Positions 37,621 through 50,916 of a stretch of 64,000 nt of DNA are shown here, one piece after another. Made by a program: the position numbers and the translations under genes. Each line of letters opens with the position of its first letter. The first letter of the stretch is position 1. Source of the DNA: Octopus bimaculoides. Its lineage: Eukaryota. The notes beneath the pieces are model-generated. The model did no database searches and was not told the origin of the DNA. It worked only from the letters and a program-made list of their open reading frames with translations. Location: positions 20,147,863-20,211,862 of the forward strand of contig NC_068996.1 of NCBI RefSeq assembly GCF_001194135.2, written 5' to 3'.

Positions 37621-37974
37621 TGCCAGCGGAACCCAAGGGCCGGTTCATTCAGGGGCCTGGTCGGCGACTCTTAGTTTGTGCCGTTCGTCGTCGAGATGTC
37701 AGGTGTTCTACGATCCCGTACTATCGATTTCACTCATTCAGCTGCAGCCATGCTGCGGCACGGCCCTAAATAATTTTTAGTTGCATGAATCGAACCCAGT
37801 ATTCATTTCGTTTGTTTTTTTTGTTTGTTTTTGTTTTCAGCCTGATAAATTTGACGGACTCCTAAGTTATGGGAACGTAAGCATACCAGCAACAGTTGTC
37901 ACGGGGTGGAGACGTATATATATATATATATATATAATTATAATTTAGGATATCTAAGGGATACCGCCATGCTA

Positions 37975-38052
37975 AAAATAGCAGTCACATCTTGATTCTA
38001 AACCACAATAAACATTTATTGCTGTTTAGAGTCAAGACTTGACTGCTATTTT
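37975..38052. repeat. 78-bp near-perfect hairpin
   Basis: aaaatagcagtcacatcttgattctaaac pairs with gtttagagtcaagacttgactgctatttt; inner caataaa/tttattg stem. Confidence 0.85.
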
Positions 38053-39651
38053 CNNNNNNNNNNNNNNNNNNNNNNNNNNNNNNNNNNNNNNNNNNNNNNN
38101 NNNNNNNNNNNNNNNNNNNNNNNNNNNNNNNNNNNNNNNNNNNNNNNNNNNNNNNNNNNNNNNNNNNNNNNNNNNNNNNNNNNNNNNNNNNNNNNNNNNN
38201 NNNNNNNNNNNNNNNNNNNNNNNNNNNNNNNNNNNNNNNNNNNNNNNNNNNNNNNNNNNNNNNNNNNNNNNNNNNNNNNNNNNNNNNNNNNNNNNNNNNN
38301 NNNNNNNNNNNNNNNNNNNNNNNNNNNNNNNNNNNNNNNNNNNNNNNNNNNNNNNNNNNNNNNNNNNNNNNNNNNNNNNNNNNNNNNNNNNNNNNNNNNN
38401 NNNNNNNNNNNNNNTATATATACATATATATAACGGGTTTCTTTCAGTTTCTGTCTACTAAATTAATTCAGAAGTCTTTGTTCAGCCCAAAGCTATAGTG
38501 AAAGACATTTCACCAAGGTTTCACGCAGTTAGACTGAACCCGGAATCATTTGGTTGAGAGGCAAGCTTCTTGCCACATATGTGAGTGTGTGTGTGCGTGT
38601 CTGTGTTTGTGTGTGTATATATATATATATGTGTGTGTGTGCGTGTGTGTGTGTGTGNNNNNNNNNNNNNNNNNNNNNNNNNNNNNNNNNNNNNNNNNNN
38701 NNNNNNNNNNNNNNNNNNNNNNNNNNNNNNNNNNNNNNNNNNNNNNNNNNNNNNNNNNNNNNNNNNNNNNNNNNNNNNNNNNNNNNNNNNNNNNNNNNNN
38801 NNNNNNNNNNNNNNNNNNNNNNNNNNNNNNNNNNNNNNNNNNNNNNNNNNNNNNNNNNNNNNNNNNNNNNNNNNNNNNNNNNNNNNNNNNNNNNNNNNNN
38901 NNNNNNNNNNNNNNNNNNNNNNNNNNNNNNNNNNNNNNNNNNNNNNNNNNNNNNNNNNNNNNNNNNNNNNNNNNNNNNNNNNNNNNNNNNNNNNNNNNNN
39001 NNNNNNNNNNNNNNNNNNNNNNNNNNNNNNNNNNNNNNNNNNNNNNNNNNNNNNNNNNNNNNNNNNNNNNNNNNNNNNNNNNNNNNNNNNNNNNNNNNNN
39101 NNNNNNNNNNNNNNNNNNNNNNNNNNNNNNNNNNNNNNNNNNNNNNNNNNNNNNNNNNNNNNNNNNNNNNNNNNNNNNNNNNNNNNNNNNNNNNNNNNNN
39201 NNNNNNNNNNNNNNNNNNNNNNNNNNNNNNNNNNNNNNNNNNNNNNNNNNNNNNNNNNNNNNNNNNNNNNNNNNNNNNNNNNNNNNNNNNNNNNNNNNNN
39301 NNNNNNNNNNNNNNNNNNNNNNNNNNNNNNNNNNNNNNNNNNNNNNNNNNNNNNNNNNNNNNNNNNNNNNNNNNNNNNNNNNNNNNNNNNNNNNNNNNNN
39401 NNNNNNNNNNNNNNNNNNNNNNNNNNNNNNNNNNNNNNNNNNNNNNNNNNNNNNNNNNNNNNNNNNNNNNNNNNNNNNNNNNNNNNNNNNNNNNNNNNNN
39501 NNNNNNNNNNNNNNNNNNNNNNNNNNNNNNNTAATGTATATATGTATATATATGTATGTACGTATGTATATATATATGCATGCATGTATATATATATGAA
39601 CATGTATGTATATATAGATATCTATATATATGTTTGTATACACACACACAC

Positions 39652-39699
<48 letters not shown>

Positions 39700-39712
39700 A
39701 TGTATATATGTT

Positions 39713-40390
39713 ACCCGCAAGATGTCATCCTGGATACTGAGAACTTTCTGGTCTAGAGATGCCTACACCAACGTCCTTCTCTACTCTACTTTTCCCGAGT
39801 AATGTTGCCCACTATAGTCCCCCCCCCCATACGAAGCAGCTCATTTTGCAAGTAGAAGCACTCCAGAGGTCCATAGCACGAAAGATAGACGGTGTGAGAG
39901 GCATTGATTATTGGAGTCGACTAAAAAATATTCAATCTCTACACTCTCCCACGCCGCCGGGAGCGCCACATCATTTGTGTGATGTGGGAAATATTCCATC
40001 AATATTGCACAAATGATGTTGGCATCAATTTCAAAATCCATCCAAGAACTTGGCTTCCGTGCTATTCGCTCACTGCAAGAATTGAACTCGGTACACATAG
40101 CAACATTACGTCACAATTACTTTACCTCAACCGGTCCAGATCTCTTTAATACTATACCAAAATATGTCAAAATGGAAATGGATCCCATTAAATTCAAATG
40201 TTCACTGGACAAATTTCTTCAAAAAATCCTGGACCAACCTCCTACACTCGGATATGTCTCCAAAAATAATAACTCTTTGCTAGAGTAGGCTACGGTGCCC
40301 CATATATGACTAAAAGACTTCACCAGGTGGCGCTATTGAGTTAGACATGGCCTGAGCCTATACTGGCCGAAACCTATCAAATTTATCAAA
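39713..40390 (+). mobile_element. 5'-truncated CR1-group LINE (RT C-terminus plus 3' UTR)
   Basis: RKMSSWILRTFWSRD, QVEALQRSIARKIDG..DYWSRLK, GPDLFNTIPKYV..FKCSLDKFLQKILDQP..NNNSLLE stop. Confidence 0.88.
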
Positions 40391-40451
40391 GTTATACGTA
40401 TATATGTATATCTATAAATTTATGTATGTATATATGTATATAGATATATTC

Positions 40452-40821
40452 TTTTATTCTTTTCTTGCATTTCTTTGAGTCATTTGACTGAGGCCATGCT
40501 GGAGTACCGCCTTTAATCGAACAGATCGACCCCAGGACTTATTCTTTTTTCTCTTCTTAGTCTTTTGCCGAACCGCTAAGTTACGGGGCGTAACACACCA
40601 GCATCGGTTGTCAAGCGATGGTGAGGGGACAAACACAGACGCACAAACATATACTATATACCACAGGCTTCTTTCAGTTTCCGTCTACTAAATCCACTCA
40701 CAAGGCTTTGGTCGGCCCGAAGCTATACTAGAAGACTCTTGCCCAAGTTGCCACGCAGCGGGACTGAACCCGGAACCATGTGGCTGGTAAGCAAGCTTCT
40801 TACCACACAGCAACTCCTGCG

Positions 40822-40825
<4 letters not shown>
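40452..40825 (-). mobile_element. SINE family A, full-length copy
   Basis: Colinear with 8907-9320. Confidence 0.9.
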
Positions 40826-40856
<31 letters not shown>

Positions 40857-41312
40857 NNNNNNNNNNNNNNNNNNNNNNNNNNNNNNNNNNNNNNNNNNNN
40901 NNNNNNNNNNNNNNNNNNNNNNNNNNNNNNNNNNNNNNNNNNNNNNNNNNNNNNNNNNNNNNNNNNNNNNNNNNNNNNNNNNNNNNNNNNNNNNNNNNNN
41001 NNNNNNNNNNNNNNNNNNNNNNNNNNNNNNNNNNNNNNNNNNNNNNNNNNNNNNNNNNNNNNNNNNNNNNNNNNNNNNNNNNNNNNNNNNNNNNNNNNNN
41101 NNNNNNNNNNNNNNNNNNNNNNNNNNNNNNNNNNNNNNNNNNNNNNNNNNNNNNNNNNNNNNNNNNNNNNNNNNNNNNNNNNNNNNNNNNNNNNNNNNNN
41201 NNNNNNNNNNNNNNNNNNNNNNNNNNNNNNNNNNNNNNNNNNNNNNNNNNNNNNNNNNNNNNNNNNNNNNNNNNNNNNNNNNNNNNNNNNNNNNNNNNNN
41301 NNNNNNNNNNNN

Positions 41313-41410
41313 AAGAAGAAGAAGAAGAAGAAGAAGAAGAAGAAGAAGAAGAAGAAGAAGAAGAAGAAGAAGAAGAAGAAGAAGAAGAAGAAGAAGAAGA
41401 AGAAGAAGAA
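41313..41410 (+). repeat. (GAA)n microsatellite
   Basis: Direct reading; begins in a gap. Confidence 0.97.
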
Positions 41411-41469
41411 TGCGGGAGTGGTATGATAATAGTAGGATGTTAAATGGTCAAGTGACCAAAAAGTGGCTC

Positions 41470-42187
41470 GTTGTGGATTATAGTAGTGATTGGGACTGTT
41501 TTTAGTGAATCACTACTACCATCCTTTCCCTCATCACTGCATGTTTGATTCCGTCCCCTTCAATTACCCCTAGGTATTTTTAGCTCTCCGATGGTTCTAA
41601 CTCATTTATGACATTCCGGTGGTCAAGGTTAACGTTAAATGTTTCTGTCAATTTTCCTTTGATAAAGTTAGCTTATACACATTTATCGAGGCCAAATTGC
41701 ATCCTGATGTCATCACTGAATTGTTTAACAATCGCTAGTAAGCCCTTGAGTAGGTCATTTTTTGCAAATAGCTTTAAATCATCCATGTAAATGAGATGAT
41801 TTATATTTTTATCAAATATTTTATAACCGTACTGTTCATCATTGAGCAATTTTGAGAGCGGCATTAATGCTAGACAAAAGAGGAATGGTGATAGTGAGTT
41901 ACCCTGGAAAATGCCATATGAAATTCTTACATCTCCAGCATTTAGGGATTCATTGTCATTGTTCAAAGTCAGTGTGGTTCTCCATGATCTCATACTTACA
42001 GACAAAACGTTTCGCACAGTAGGAGCTATTTTATACATTTCCAGACATTTCTTAATCCAGCTATGTGGTAGACTATCAGCTTTCGCACATACCTTTTGCT
42101 TGAAGGTTTCTATGGTGGTATCAATGTCAAATATAGTTTTCATATTATAATTTTCTTTAATTTTCGTGTTTTGTAGGTTTGATAGTC

Positions 42188-42190
<3 letters not shown>
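41470..42190 (-). mobile_element. R4/Dong RT fragment with a large internal deletion
   Basis: DSLPHSWIKKCL, GIFQGNSLSPFLFCLAL, HLIYMDDLKLFAK, MQFGLDKC; preceded on its own strand by (TAA)n at 42190-42290. Confidence 0.9.
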
Positions 42191-42254
<64 letters not shown>

Positions 42255-42292
42255 CATTATTATTATTATTGTTATTATTAACATTATTATTC

Positions 42293-42340
42293 CTTCGTAA
42301 CTCAGTGTAGGTAAAGATGCACCGGAGTCTTTAGTCGATT
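42293..42340 (-). mobile_element. 3' UTR tip of the R4/Dong family also present at 54402
   Basis: ccttcgtaactcagtgtaggtaaagatgcaccggagtcttt matches 54402-54445; (TAA)n tail to its left. Confidence 0.7.
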
Positions 42341-42469
42341 AGCCTTCATCGTTCAGTAGGTGTTGACTGAAAAATCCCAGAGGATGATGATATTTTTACC
42401 CTCAACAACTGGTTCAGGATGATGTTCATACAAGTAAGCAGGAGTGCTGATTTTGTAGTATTTACATGT

Positions 42470-44490
42470 TTTCTAATGTTTACATATTTTCCAATGTAAA
42501 TACTGCCCTACTTTATCGTGGCAATTTTTATATTCGTTTGGTGTCAACACAGGACATCCCGATACTAGATAGTCTATTGTTTCATCAAATGTATCGCAGA
42601 ATCTACATTTGGCGTCAGAACTGTTTTGAAAAACGTTAGGCTGGTAGTTTTTGGTAAGCAAGCTTTGATCTAGTGCCACCAATATGAAACCTTCAGTCTA
42701 TCCTTTCAGTCATGAGCTTCCCAGCTTGGTTTACATTAGCATTTCGGCTTCGAAATATATACTGTCCTTGTAGAAGCTTCTGGCACCACCGCTCCTTAGT
42801 TTGTTTCTGCTCATAATCTAATTCGGGGTTAATGCCAAGTCGCCTTGCGAATTTGCAAGCTTCCTTGACAATAGAATGGGATTTTTTGTTGCTTTCGTGT
42901 TTGCACACAAGCCGCAGCATCCAGCCCTCTGTACTAGATATGTGCTTGTTCATTACTATTGTGGAGATCTTATAGCATAGTTCTACCTGCATCATTCCTC
43001 CTCCTTCATAACTTCTAGGTACGTACAGACGATCACCGTTTGCTTTTGGGTGGTGCATGTTCTTAGATGTTAGTAGTTTTGTCTTCCTTTCCAGGCGTTG
43101 GAGTTCCAGTTAATGATATTAAAATTATATTGGACTACTAGAAGTGCCAGGGTGTCAATGGCTTCGATGCAATTTTTGGAGTTGAGTTCAGTTTTTTAGT
43201 ATGAGTCGTATTATTCTGTAATACTCCTTTCTTATTTGTTTCCTTCATAGTAGCATGTTGTATACCGTCTCCTTCGTTTATCTCCAGGTATTTATAGCTT
43301 CCGTGTGGGTCAAGCTCCTTAATAGCAGTGTCAGTATCTAACAAAAGTTGCTTTAGCACACTTATCAAGGCCAAAATTCACACCAATGTCGTTGCTGAAC
43401 TCTTTAACAGTTGTTAACACCCCTACTAGCTCTTCGCCATTTCTAGCAAACAGCTTCAGGTCGTCCATATAAAACATATGATTTACTATAATATACACTT
43501 TGGACCCATTCCTGGTGTTATCCATTTCGTATGAGAGTGGGATTAGTGCCGTGTAAAAGAGTAATAGGGAGAGGGAGTCACCTTGAAAGATGCCTCGTTT
43601 AATGATGATGTTGTTAGATTGGCTCATCACATTACAATGGTTTAGGAGACGTGTATTCCATTTGGTCATGCTATCCTGTAAGAATTTGGAGATGACAAGA
43701 GAGATCTTATATATCTCAAGAGCCATGAGTAGCCAATTATGTGAGAAAATATCAAACATTTTCCTGTAGTTTATCCATGCTCCAGTAAATTCTGTATAAT
43801 CATTTTATTTATAATTGATCTTTGCATCCATAAGAATTCTTTTTACACCATTTTTGAGCTTGTAAAAAGATAGAGTTTTGTTCAAGGAGAGTGTTTACTC
43901 TTTCAGTTAGGATCTTGTAGGTGGTATTGAGACATGTAACCGGTCGGTAGTTCTTTGGATTTTTCGTGTTTTCAGTTTTTGGTAGAAGGTATGGTGTTCC
44001 TTCGGTCAGCCAGGCTGGTATTTGCTCTGGGTTCTGGATGACATCAAGATGCACTGGTTAGAAAGCATTTTCTCTTAGTGATCTCTGACTAATATATCCG
44101 GCCTATTACTCTTGATTTCTCTACCTGTATGTATTGGCATATCCCAGTGTATGGTTGCTGTCTTATTTTCTGTGACCTTTTCTGGCGTAAGCCTATACCA
44201 TCTTTTTACTGTTGTTATTCCATAGTGTTGGCATAGCTTCCAGTGTATATAGGTCCCAACTCTGTCATGTCTATAAATATATTTCTTCTTAGCCAGGACT
44301 GGGAAGCCAGAGAAAATATGTTTTATTGTTTCTTCTCCATGTTCACATCTTCTGCAGTTACTTCTATTCCTTTTCACTAGATTTTTTTCGGTGATTTCTG
44401 GTGAGAAAGTTTTAAAAATCCTGCAGTTAACAATCCTTCAGTCTCTGCTTTAAGACCTGAGCTTCTCGGCCATTGTTGAGATTTTGCTTT
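42470..44490 (-). mobile_element. Composite of two R4/Dong fragments
   Basis: 44490-44075: RSSGLKAETEG, CRRC..ETIKHI..RHD, NRPDILVRDH. 44054-42473: NYRPVTCLNTTYK, IFQGDSLS, YMDDLKLF, RLYVPRSYEGGG, CRFC..ETIDYLVSGC. Confidence 0.88.
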
Positions 44491-44518
44491 GTTTGTTTCT
44501 TTTCTGTTTAGTTTAACC

Positions 44519-44639
<121 letters not shown>

Positions 44640-45196
44640 NNNNNNNNNNNNNNNNNNNNNNNNNNNNNNNNNNNNNNNNNNNNNNNNNNNNNNNNNNNNN
44701 NNNNNNNNNNNNNNNNNNNNNNNNNNNNNNNNNNNNNNNNNNNNNNNNNNNNNNNNNNNNNNNNNNNNNNNNNNNNNNNNNNNNNNNNNNNNNNNNNNNN
44801 NNNNNNNNNNNNNNNNNNNNNNNNNNNNNNNNNNNNNNNNNNNNNNNNNNNNNNNNNNNNNNNNNNNNNNNNNNNNNNNNNNNNNNNNNNNNNNNNNNNN
44901 NNNNNNNNNNNNNNNNNNNNNNNNNNNNNNNNNNNNNNNNNNNNNNNNNNNNNNNNNNNNNNNNNNNNNNNNNNNNNNNNNNNNNNNNNNNNNNNNNNNN
45001 NNNNNNNNNNNNNNNNNNNNNNNNNNNNNNNNNNNNNNNNNNNNNNNNNNNNNNNNNNNNNNNNNNNNNNNNNNNNNNNNNNNNNNNNNNNNNNNNNNNN
45101 NNNNNNNNNNNNNNNNNNNNNNNNNNNNNNNNNNNNNNNNNNNNNNNNNNNNNNNNNNNNNNNNNNNNNNNNNNNNNNNNNNNNNNNNNNNNNNNN

Positions 45197-45265
45197 TGAA
45201 AGTTTTTCCATTTCTTTTAGGGAAACGTTGTCATCTGCTGGTATTGATACATCAATTAGAAAGCA

Positions 45266-45340
<75 letters not shown>

Positions 45341-45440
45341 GCCTTTGCACAGCTTCTAATGCTGGAGAGGTATTACAGTGTCAGCTGTTCGCTGCCAGTG
45401 AACTAAGGTAACACCTCTTATTTTTCGAGCACCTTCCATT
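45197..45440 (-). mobile_element. Two short R4/Dong pieces separated by (TAA)n
   Basis: 45197-45266 encodes CFLIDVSIPADDNVSLKEMEKLS (as at about 6060-6130); 45340-45440 matches the 3' UTR at 52050-52150. Confidence 0.8.
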
Positions 45441-45449
45441 TAGAGGAAT

Positions 45450-45844
45450 ATCACAACACACCACAAAGCTCTTTAACTGCCACACATCCGAATCTATGGA
45501 AATTAATTACTGCACTGAAAAGGGAAGAACATTTGGCACAATTGAAAAAGGTTGAATTTGACTGAGGTGAGATATGTGAGACATAAAAGATAAAGTATAA
45601 AGATATAAACAAACGGCTGCAGAGAATTATTGAGTGATATAGTCCCGAAAATAGGAAGGATTTTTTAAGAGCAAAAGCTCATGACCTTCATTATTGAAGC
45701 TTTTAGTAATATTTTTATGTTTTACTGTGCTTTTTTATTTTATCATTATTTAACGTTTAATTTTTGTCTTATATCGGGAGTGAAATTGCAAGGGGTGAAA
45801 CTGACTGACAGTCAAATTACTGGGGATCAAATTACCGGATACCA
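45450..45844 (+). mobile_element. MULE (Mutator-like) transposase C-terminal remnant and probable terminus
   Basis: THPNLWKLITALKREE...KYKDINKRLQRII..RKDFLRAKAHDL resembles the MULE pattern HPNxWKxIxxLKxEE...FLRxIAHN; ends in ggggatcaaattaccggatacca. Confidence 0.62.
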
Positions 45845-45924
45845 TATACATGTGTGTGTGTGTGTGTGAGTGTGTATTATATATGTATATAGTTATATAT
45901 ATTATGTGTGAGTGCCTTTGTATT

Positions 45925-46145
45925 GATGTTTGTCGCCCCATCATCGTTTGACAACCGATGTTCGTGTGTTTACGTCCCCGTAACTTAGCAGTTCTGCTAA
46001 AGAAACAGATAGAATAAGTACTAGGTTTACAAAAGTAAGTCCTGCGGTCGATTTCTTCGACCAAAACCCTTTAAGGCGGTACTCCAGCATGATTGCAGTC
46101 AGATGGCTGAAACAGGTAAAAGAATAAAAGAATAAAAGAATAAAA
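45925..46145 (+). mobile_element. SINE family A, 3' half
   Basis: tttgacaaccgatg...gaataagtactagg...ctccagcatg...aaagaataaaag tail. Confidence 0.85.
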
Positions 46146-46581
46146 GTGCAACCTATATAGCAACACGCTATGTATATATATNNNNNNNNNNNNNNNNNNN
46201 NNNNNNNNNNNNNNNNNNNNNNNNNNNNNNNNNNNNNNNNNNNNNNNNNNNNNNNNNNNNNNNNNNNNNNNNNNNNNNNNNNNNNNNNNNNNNNNNNNNN
46301 NNNNNNNNNNNNNNNNNNNNNNNNNNNNNNNNNNNNNNNNNNNNNNNNNNNNNNNNNNNNNNNNNNNNNNNNNNNNNNNNNNNNNNNNNNNNNNNNNNNN
46401 NNNNNNNNNNNNNNNNNNNNNNNNNNNNNNNNNNNNNNNNNNNNNNNNNNNNNNNNNNNNNNNNNNNNNNNNNNNNNNNNNNNNNNNNNNNNNNNNNNNN
46501 NNNNNNNNNNNNNNNNNNNNNNNNNNNNNNNNNNNNNNNNNNNNNNNNNNNNNNNNNNNNNNNNNNNNNNNNNNNNNNNNN

Positions 46582-46630
<49 letters not shown>

Positions 46631-47220
46631 GTTTGCAAACGTACATGCATATATTCCTACACATACATACACAGACGCACACACAAACACACACACATAC
46701 AAACACACACATCTGATTTATGGTTGAGTTAAAATGTTCTTTCGTAATCAGTTAAGAGATTTAAGTATTAATCTCTGGAGACGGTAACTGCTGCTCCAGA
46801 TCCAACTTCAGTAGCTTTTTTCTGAACAAGCTTTATTGCGTCTCTGCTTATATTGATTTTTACATTTAATTATAGTTTTTTTTTAATCATTATATTTTAA
46901 ACAGTAACTTTTGTTTTAATATCTACCTTCACTGGTATTTATTATTTATGCTCGGTGCCAGGTTTAAGTGACATTTATTTAATACATTATATCATCTTAC
47001 CGTTCATTTCTTTACTGATTTCAACCATCTGGATGCGGTCATGCTGGGGAACCACCATGTAGATTTTTCTTCAATTATTTTTATTGCAGTTTTCCGGTGT
47101 TTGTGGTAAATGGATGAGTTTTGATGTCTCAGCCCTCTATGAGTGACGCATAAGCTCGTTTACGATTGTACTGTGAATGGTAAGCAAGTAGTGTTTGAAG
47201 TATTGTTATATATTCACGCA

Positions 47221-47541
47221 AGACTCGTGGCTTAGTGTTTAGGGTACCCGGTTCACGATCGTAAGAACGTGATTTTCAATATCCAGCCGCACGTTGTGTT
47301 CTTGAGCAAGACACTTTATTTCCCGTTGCTCCAGTCCACTCGGCTTGCAAAAATGAGTCGTTCGTGTATTTTAAAGGGCCAGCTCTGTCACATTCTATGT
47401 CACGCTGAACCTCCCTGATAATTATGTTAAAAGTGTGTGCGTCTGTGGAAAGATTAACTAATTGTACATTAATTTCACGAGCAGGCTCTTCCGTTGATCG
47501 AATCAACTAGAACCAACGTTGTCGTAACCGACTGAGTGCCA
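47221..47541 (+). mobile_element. tRNA-derived SINE combining the head/CORE-like body of the 22708 type with the 3' module of family B
   Basis: Shares cgttgtgttcttgag...aaaaatgagt with 22708, and tgtatt..aaagggccag...gtaaccgac.gagtgcca with 16114. Confidence 0.82.
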
Positions 47542-47949
47542 AGGTATTCAGCTCACGATTACAAGGTCGTGAGTTCAATTCCCAGCAGCCCATTACGGTT
47601 AAGTCTTTAAAAATGTTTGTGTATATATATATATATATATATATATNNNNNNNNNNNNNNNNNNNNNNNNNNNNNNNNNNNNNNNNNNNNNNNNNNNNNN
47701 NNNNNNNNNNNNNNNNNNNNNNNNNNNNNNNNNNNNNNNNNNNNNNNNNNNNNNNNNNNNNNNNNNNNNNNNNNNNNNNNNNNNNNNNNNNNNNNNNNNN
47801 NNNNNNNNNNNNNNNNNNNNNNNNNNNNNNNNNNNNNNNNNNNNNNNNNNNNNNNNNNNNNNNNNNNNNNNNNNNNNNNNNNNNNNNNNNNNNNNNNNNN
47901 NNNNNNNNNNNNNNNNNNNNNNATATATATATATATATATATATATACA

Positions 47950-48883
47950 TTGGGTCATCCCATAAATAATGCGGTTTTTTAAACTTCTTTTATATGTGGC
48001 CGAGCATTAATTATCCTGATGGAAGAACACCTTTCGTCTTGAAACTAAAGATGCTCGTTTTTCTTCTAGTGCTGACTTAAGCTGCTCAAGTTACTCACAG
48101 TAGATCTCCTTTGTTATCGTTTGGTTTGGGTTTAAAAGTTCAAAGTGGACTTTAATATCCCACCAAATAGATAACATCTTAACGTGGGTGAAAACCTTTT
48201 TTTATCCTGATGTGCCGATATTTCTTCCTTACCCTACCCATTGTTTTCGGCTCTTCACATTTTTATAGAGAACCCATTTCTAGTCACCAGTCACTATTTG
48301 GTCCAAAAAAGTTCATTCGTAAGACATGACAGCAAAGCAAAAATTTGTGAGGAAACCATTGATCCAATTTGCTGACATTTCCGATGTCACGCAGGTGTCG
48401 ATGAATAATTGAATGACCAAACTCAAGTTTTTCTGCTAGCTCCTCAACAGTTACGATGGGAGTTTCTTCCACCAGAGATTGCACAACGTCCTCGTCGAGC
48501 TCTACAGATCTTCCAGGACGGGGCTTGTCTTCTCGGCTGTAGTTTCCGGCTCGAAATTTCTAGAACCACCTTTGGCACTAGCTTACGATTATTGTCCGAT
48601 TTCCATATACTGCACTAATATTCCTCGCACTTACAGTTGCGTTGTTGCTTTATTGAACTCATAAAGCAAAATATAATGAATATGCTCCTTTGTCACTTCC
48701 ATTGTAGCTTTGAAAAATAACTGTTAAAATCGAACAGCACTCTCTAAAGCTTGCACTAAGAATAAGTACAAGGTAACATTACTATCTGCTTTTAGAGCAA
48801 GTTGATGCAGCTAGTTTATCCCGTCCCCTCCGACTTTTAGTTCATGCAATTGAAAAAACTGCATCATTTAGGGGATGACTTAA
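47950..48883 (-). mobile_element. Internally deleted mariner with both TIRs
   Basis: TIRs ttgggtcatcccataaataatgcggtttttt and aaaaaactgcatcatttaggggatgacttaa in TA context. Minus-strand remnant TVEELAEKLEFGHSIIHRHLRDIGNVSKLDQWFPH. Confidence 0.88.
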
Positions 48884-48942
48884 TATATATATACATACAT
48901 ACACACACTTGTGTGTGTGTATGGATGTTTATGGAAATATAT

Positions 48943-48975
<33 letters not shown>

Positions 48976-49207
48976 GTATATATTATATATATACATATAT
49001 ATANNNNNNNNNNNNNNNNNNNNNNNNNNNNNNNNNNNNNNNNNNNNNNNNNNNNNNNNNNNNNNNNNNNNNNNNNNNNNNNNNNNNNNNNNNNNNNNNN
49101 NNNNNNNNNNNNNNNNNNNNNNNNNNNNNNNNNNNNNNNNNNNNNNNNNNNNNNNNNNNNNNNNNNNNNNNNNNNNNNNNNNNNNNNNNNNNNTATATAT
49201 GTGTATG

Positions 49208-49252
<45 letters not shown>

Positions 49253-50008
49253 TTTTATGGTTGTTATTTTTGTTGTTGTTATTATTTAAAACTGTTTTGG
49301 CCGGTTCCTTGCAACTTAAAGCTTTGCAGGTTCTTGACAGAAATCTGTCCCTTTTAGTTTTTAAGTTACTTAATGTAGATATCTCTTCATTCGGTAACCT
49401 AAATCCTGAAAGCAATCGGTTTCTGTTAGAGTTATGCGAAACCTTAAGTCGAATGGAACCGAATTAAATTTTTTTAAATAATACATGTAACTCCCACTAA
49501 ATGTGTTGAGTGCCATTTTCTTTCATTTGTCCACTCATTCCAGTATGTGTGTGTGTGCGCGTGCGTGTGTCTGGGCAAGCACTCGGGCATGCGTATGTGT
49601 GAACGTCAGGAAATGGATAACTTCATATCGTTCGCTAGAGTTAAATTATAATTAAGTAGTATATTTTTCATAATAATAAAATGGAATAAGTAGAAAAAGA
49701 GGAGACATGTGAAATAGGGAGTCGTTGGAGAAGTCACAGGATGTGTGACAAAAGAGCTTAGACAGAGAAACTAAAATAATAATACAGCTGAAGTGAACAC
49801 CAAATATATAGAGCGTGTGTATAATTGGCAAAAAATGACCGTCCCCAAGTATATCAAAATAATAATATATTATGGGTGGGTGTTCATTAAAATTAATTTT
49901 GTGGTCCTTAAGGAAGTATTGTAGCTGCATAAGTTTTAGTGGTTCAGTAACGTCTCCATATTCAGTTGGAAAGCAATTCTAAGTCTACGAATACTATTAC
50001 TGATTTCA

Positions 50009-50202
50009 AATTTATGCACAAGATCAGCAATTTTGTGGGAGGGACCAAGTCGATTTCATCAACCCCAGTGCTCAACAGGCAACCCCGAAAAAATGGAGGG
50101 CAAAATCAACCACGGCGGAATTTTAACTCAGAATGTAAAGGCGGATGAAATGTTACTAAGCATTTTGTCTTGCGCGCAAACTATTCTGCCAGCTCACCAC
50201 TT
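50009..50202 (-). mobile_element. SINE family C copy
   Basis: Colinear with 29450-29643. Confidence 0.8.
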
Positions 50203-50916
50203 TGACAGATAATATTAGTCACTGTGGTCGATGAATTTCATACGAAGCAGTTGAGTGCATCAATATCGAGCCTTTATAATTTTGTAGTGACACACATTAC
50301 TCAACCGCAGTTCCTTGTAACATAAATTTTATTGCAAAGATCAAGGTGAGATATGCCATAGCATTTTCTAAATTTTACATGATTTTATGCTTTCGAAGTG
50401 GTCGTTCTCAGCCGGCTTTTCGAGTCAATTCTTCGGTTTGCCTTTGTATGTTTAAACTCAGATTTATTGCTTCAATGTTATTCTTTTTTTATGCGCGTTA
50501 CTTATGTCTTTTAATGAAGTTATTAGATTTCTGCATTTCAAATACAACTTTTTCTCCACGTATTTACGTACTTAAATATATGTATGTATATATATGTATA
50601 TANNNNNNNNNNNNNNNNNNNNNNNNNNNNNNNNNNNNNNNNNNNNNNNNNNNNNNNNNNNNNNNNNNNNNNNNNNNNNNNNNNNNNNNNNNNNNNNNNN
50701 NNNNNNNNNNNNNNNNNNNNNNNNNNNNNNNNNNTATATATATATATATATATATATATTAACAACAGAGACCGCATTAATACCGAGAGGTAATATTTAT
50801 CCCCACTTAAACGCGAATGTTCTGTTAGAACAAACTGTACAGCAGTAGCTGCCATGAGAGAAGCTCTCATATTGGCTTTTGGTGCAAAGTGCAATCTTGT
50901 TAATATCGCTAGCGCT

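Noticed and set aside
37690-37720. cgtcgtcgagatgtcagg resembling rRNA conserved segments
   Set aside because: The similarity is only a few bases and does not extend.
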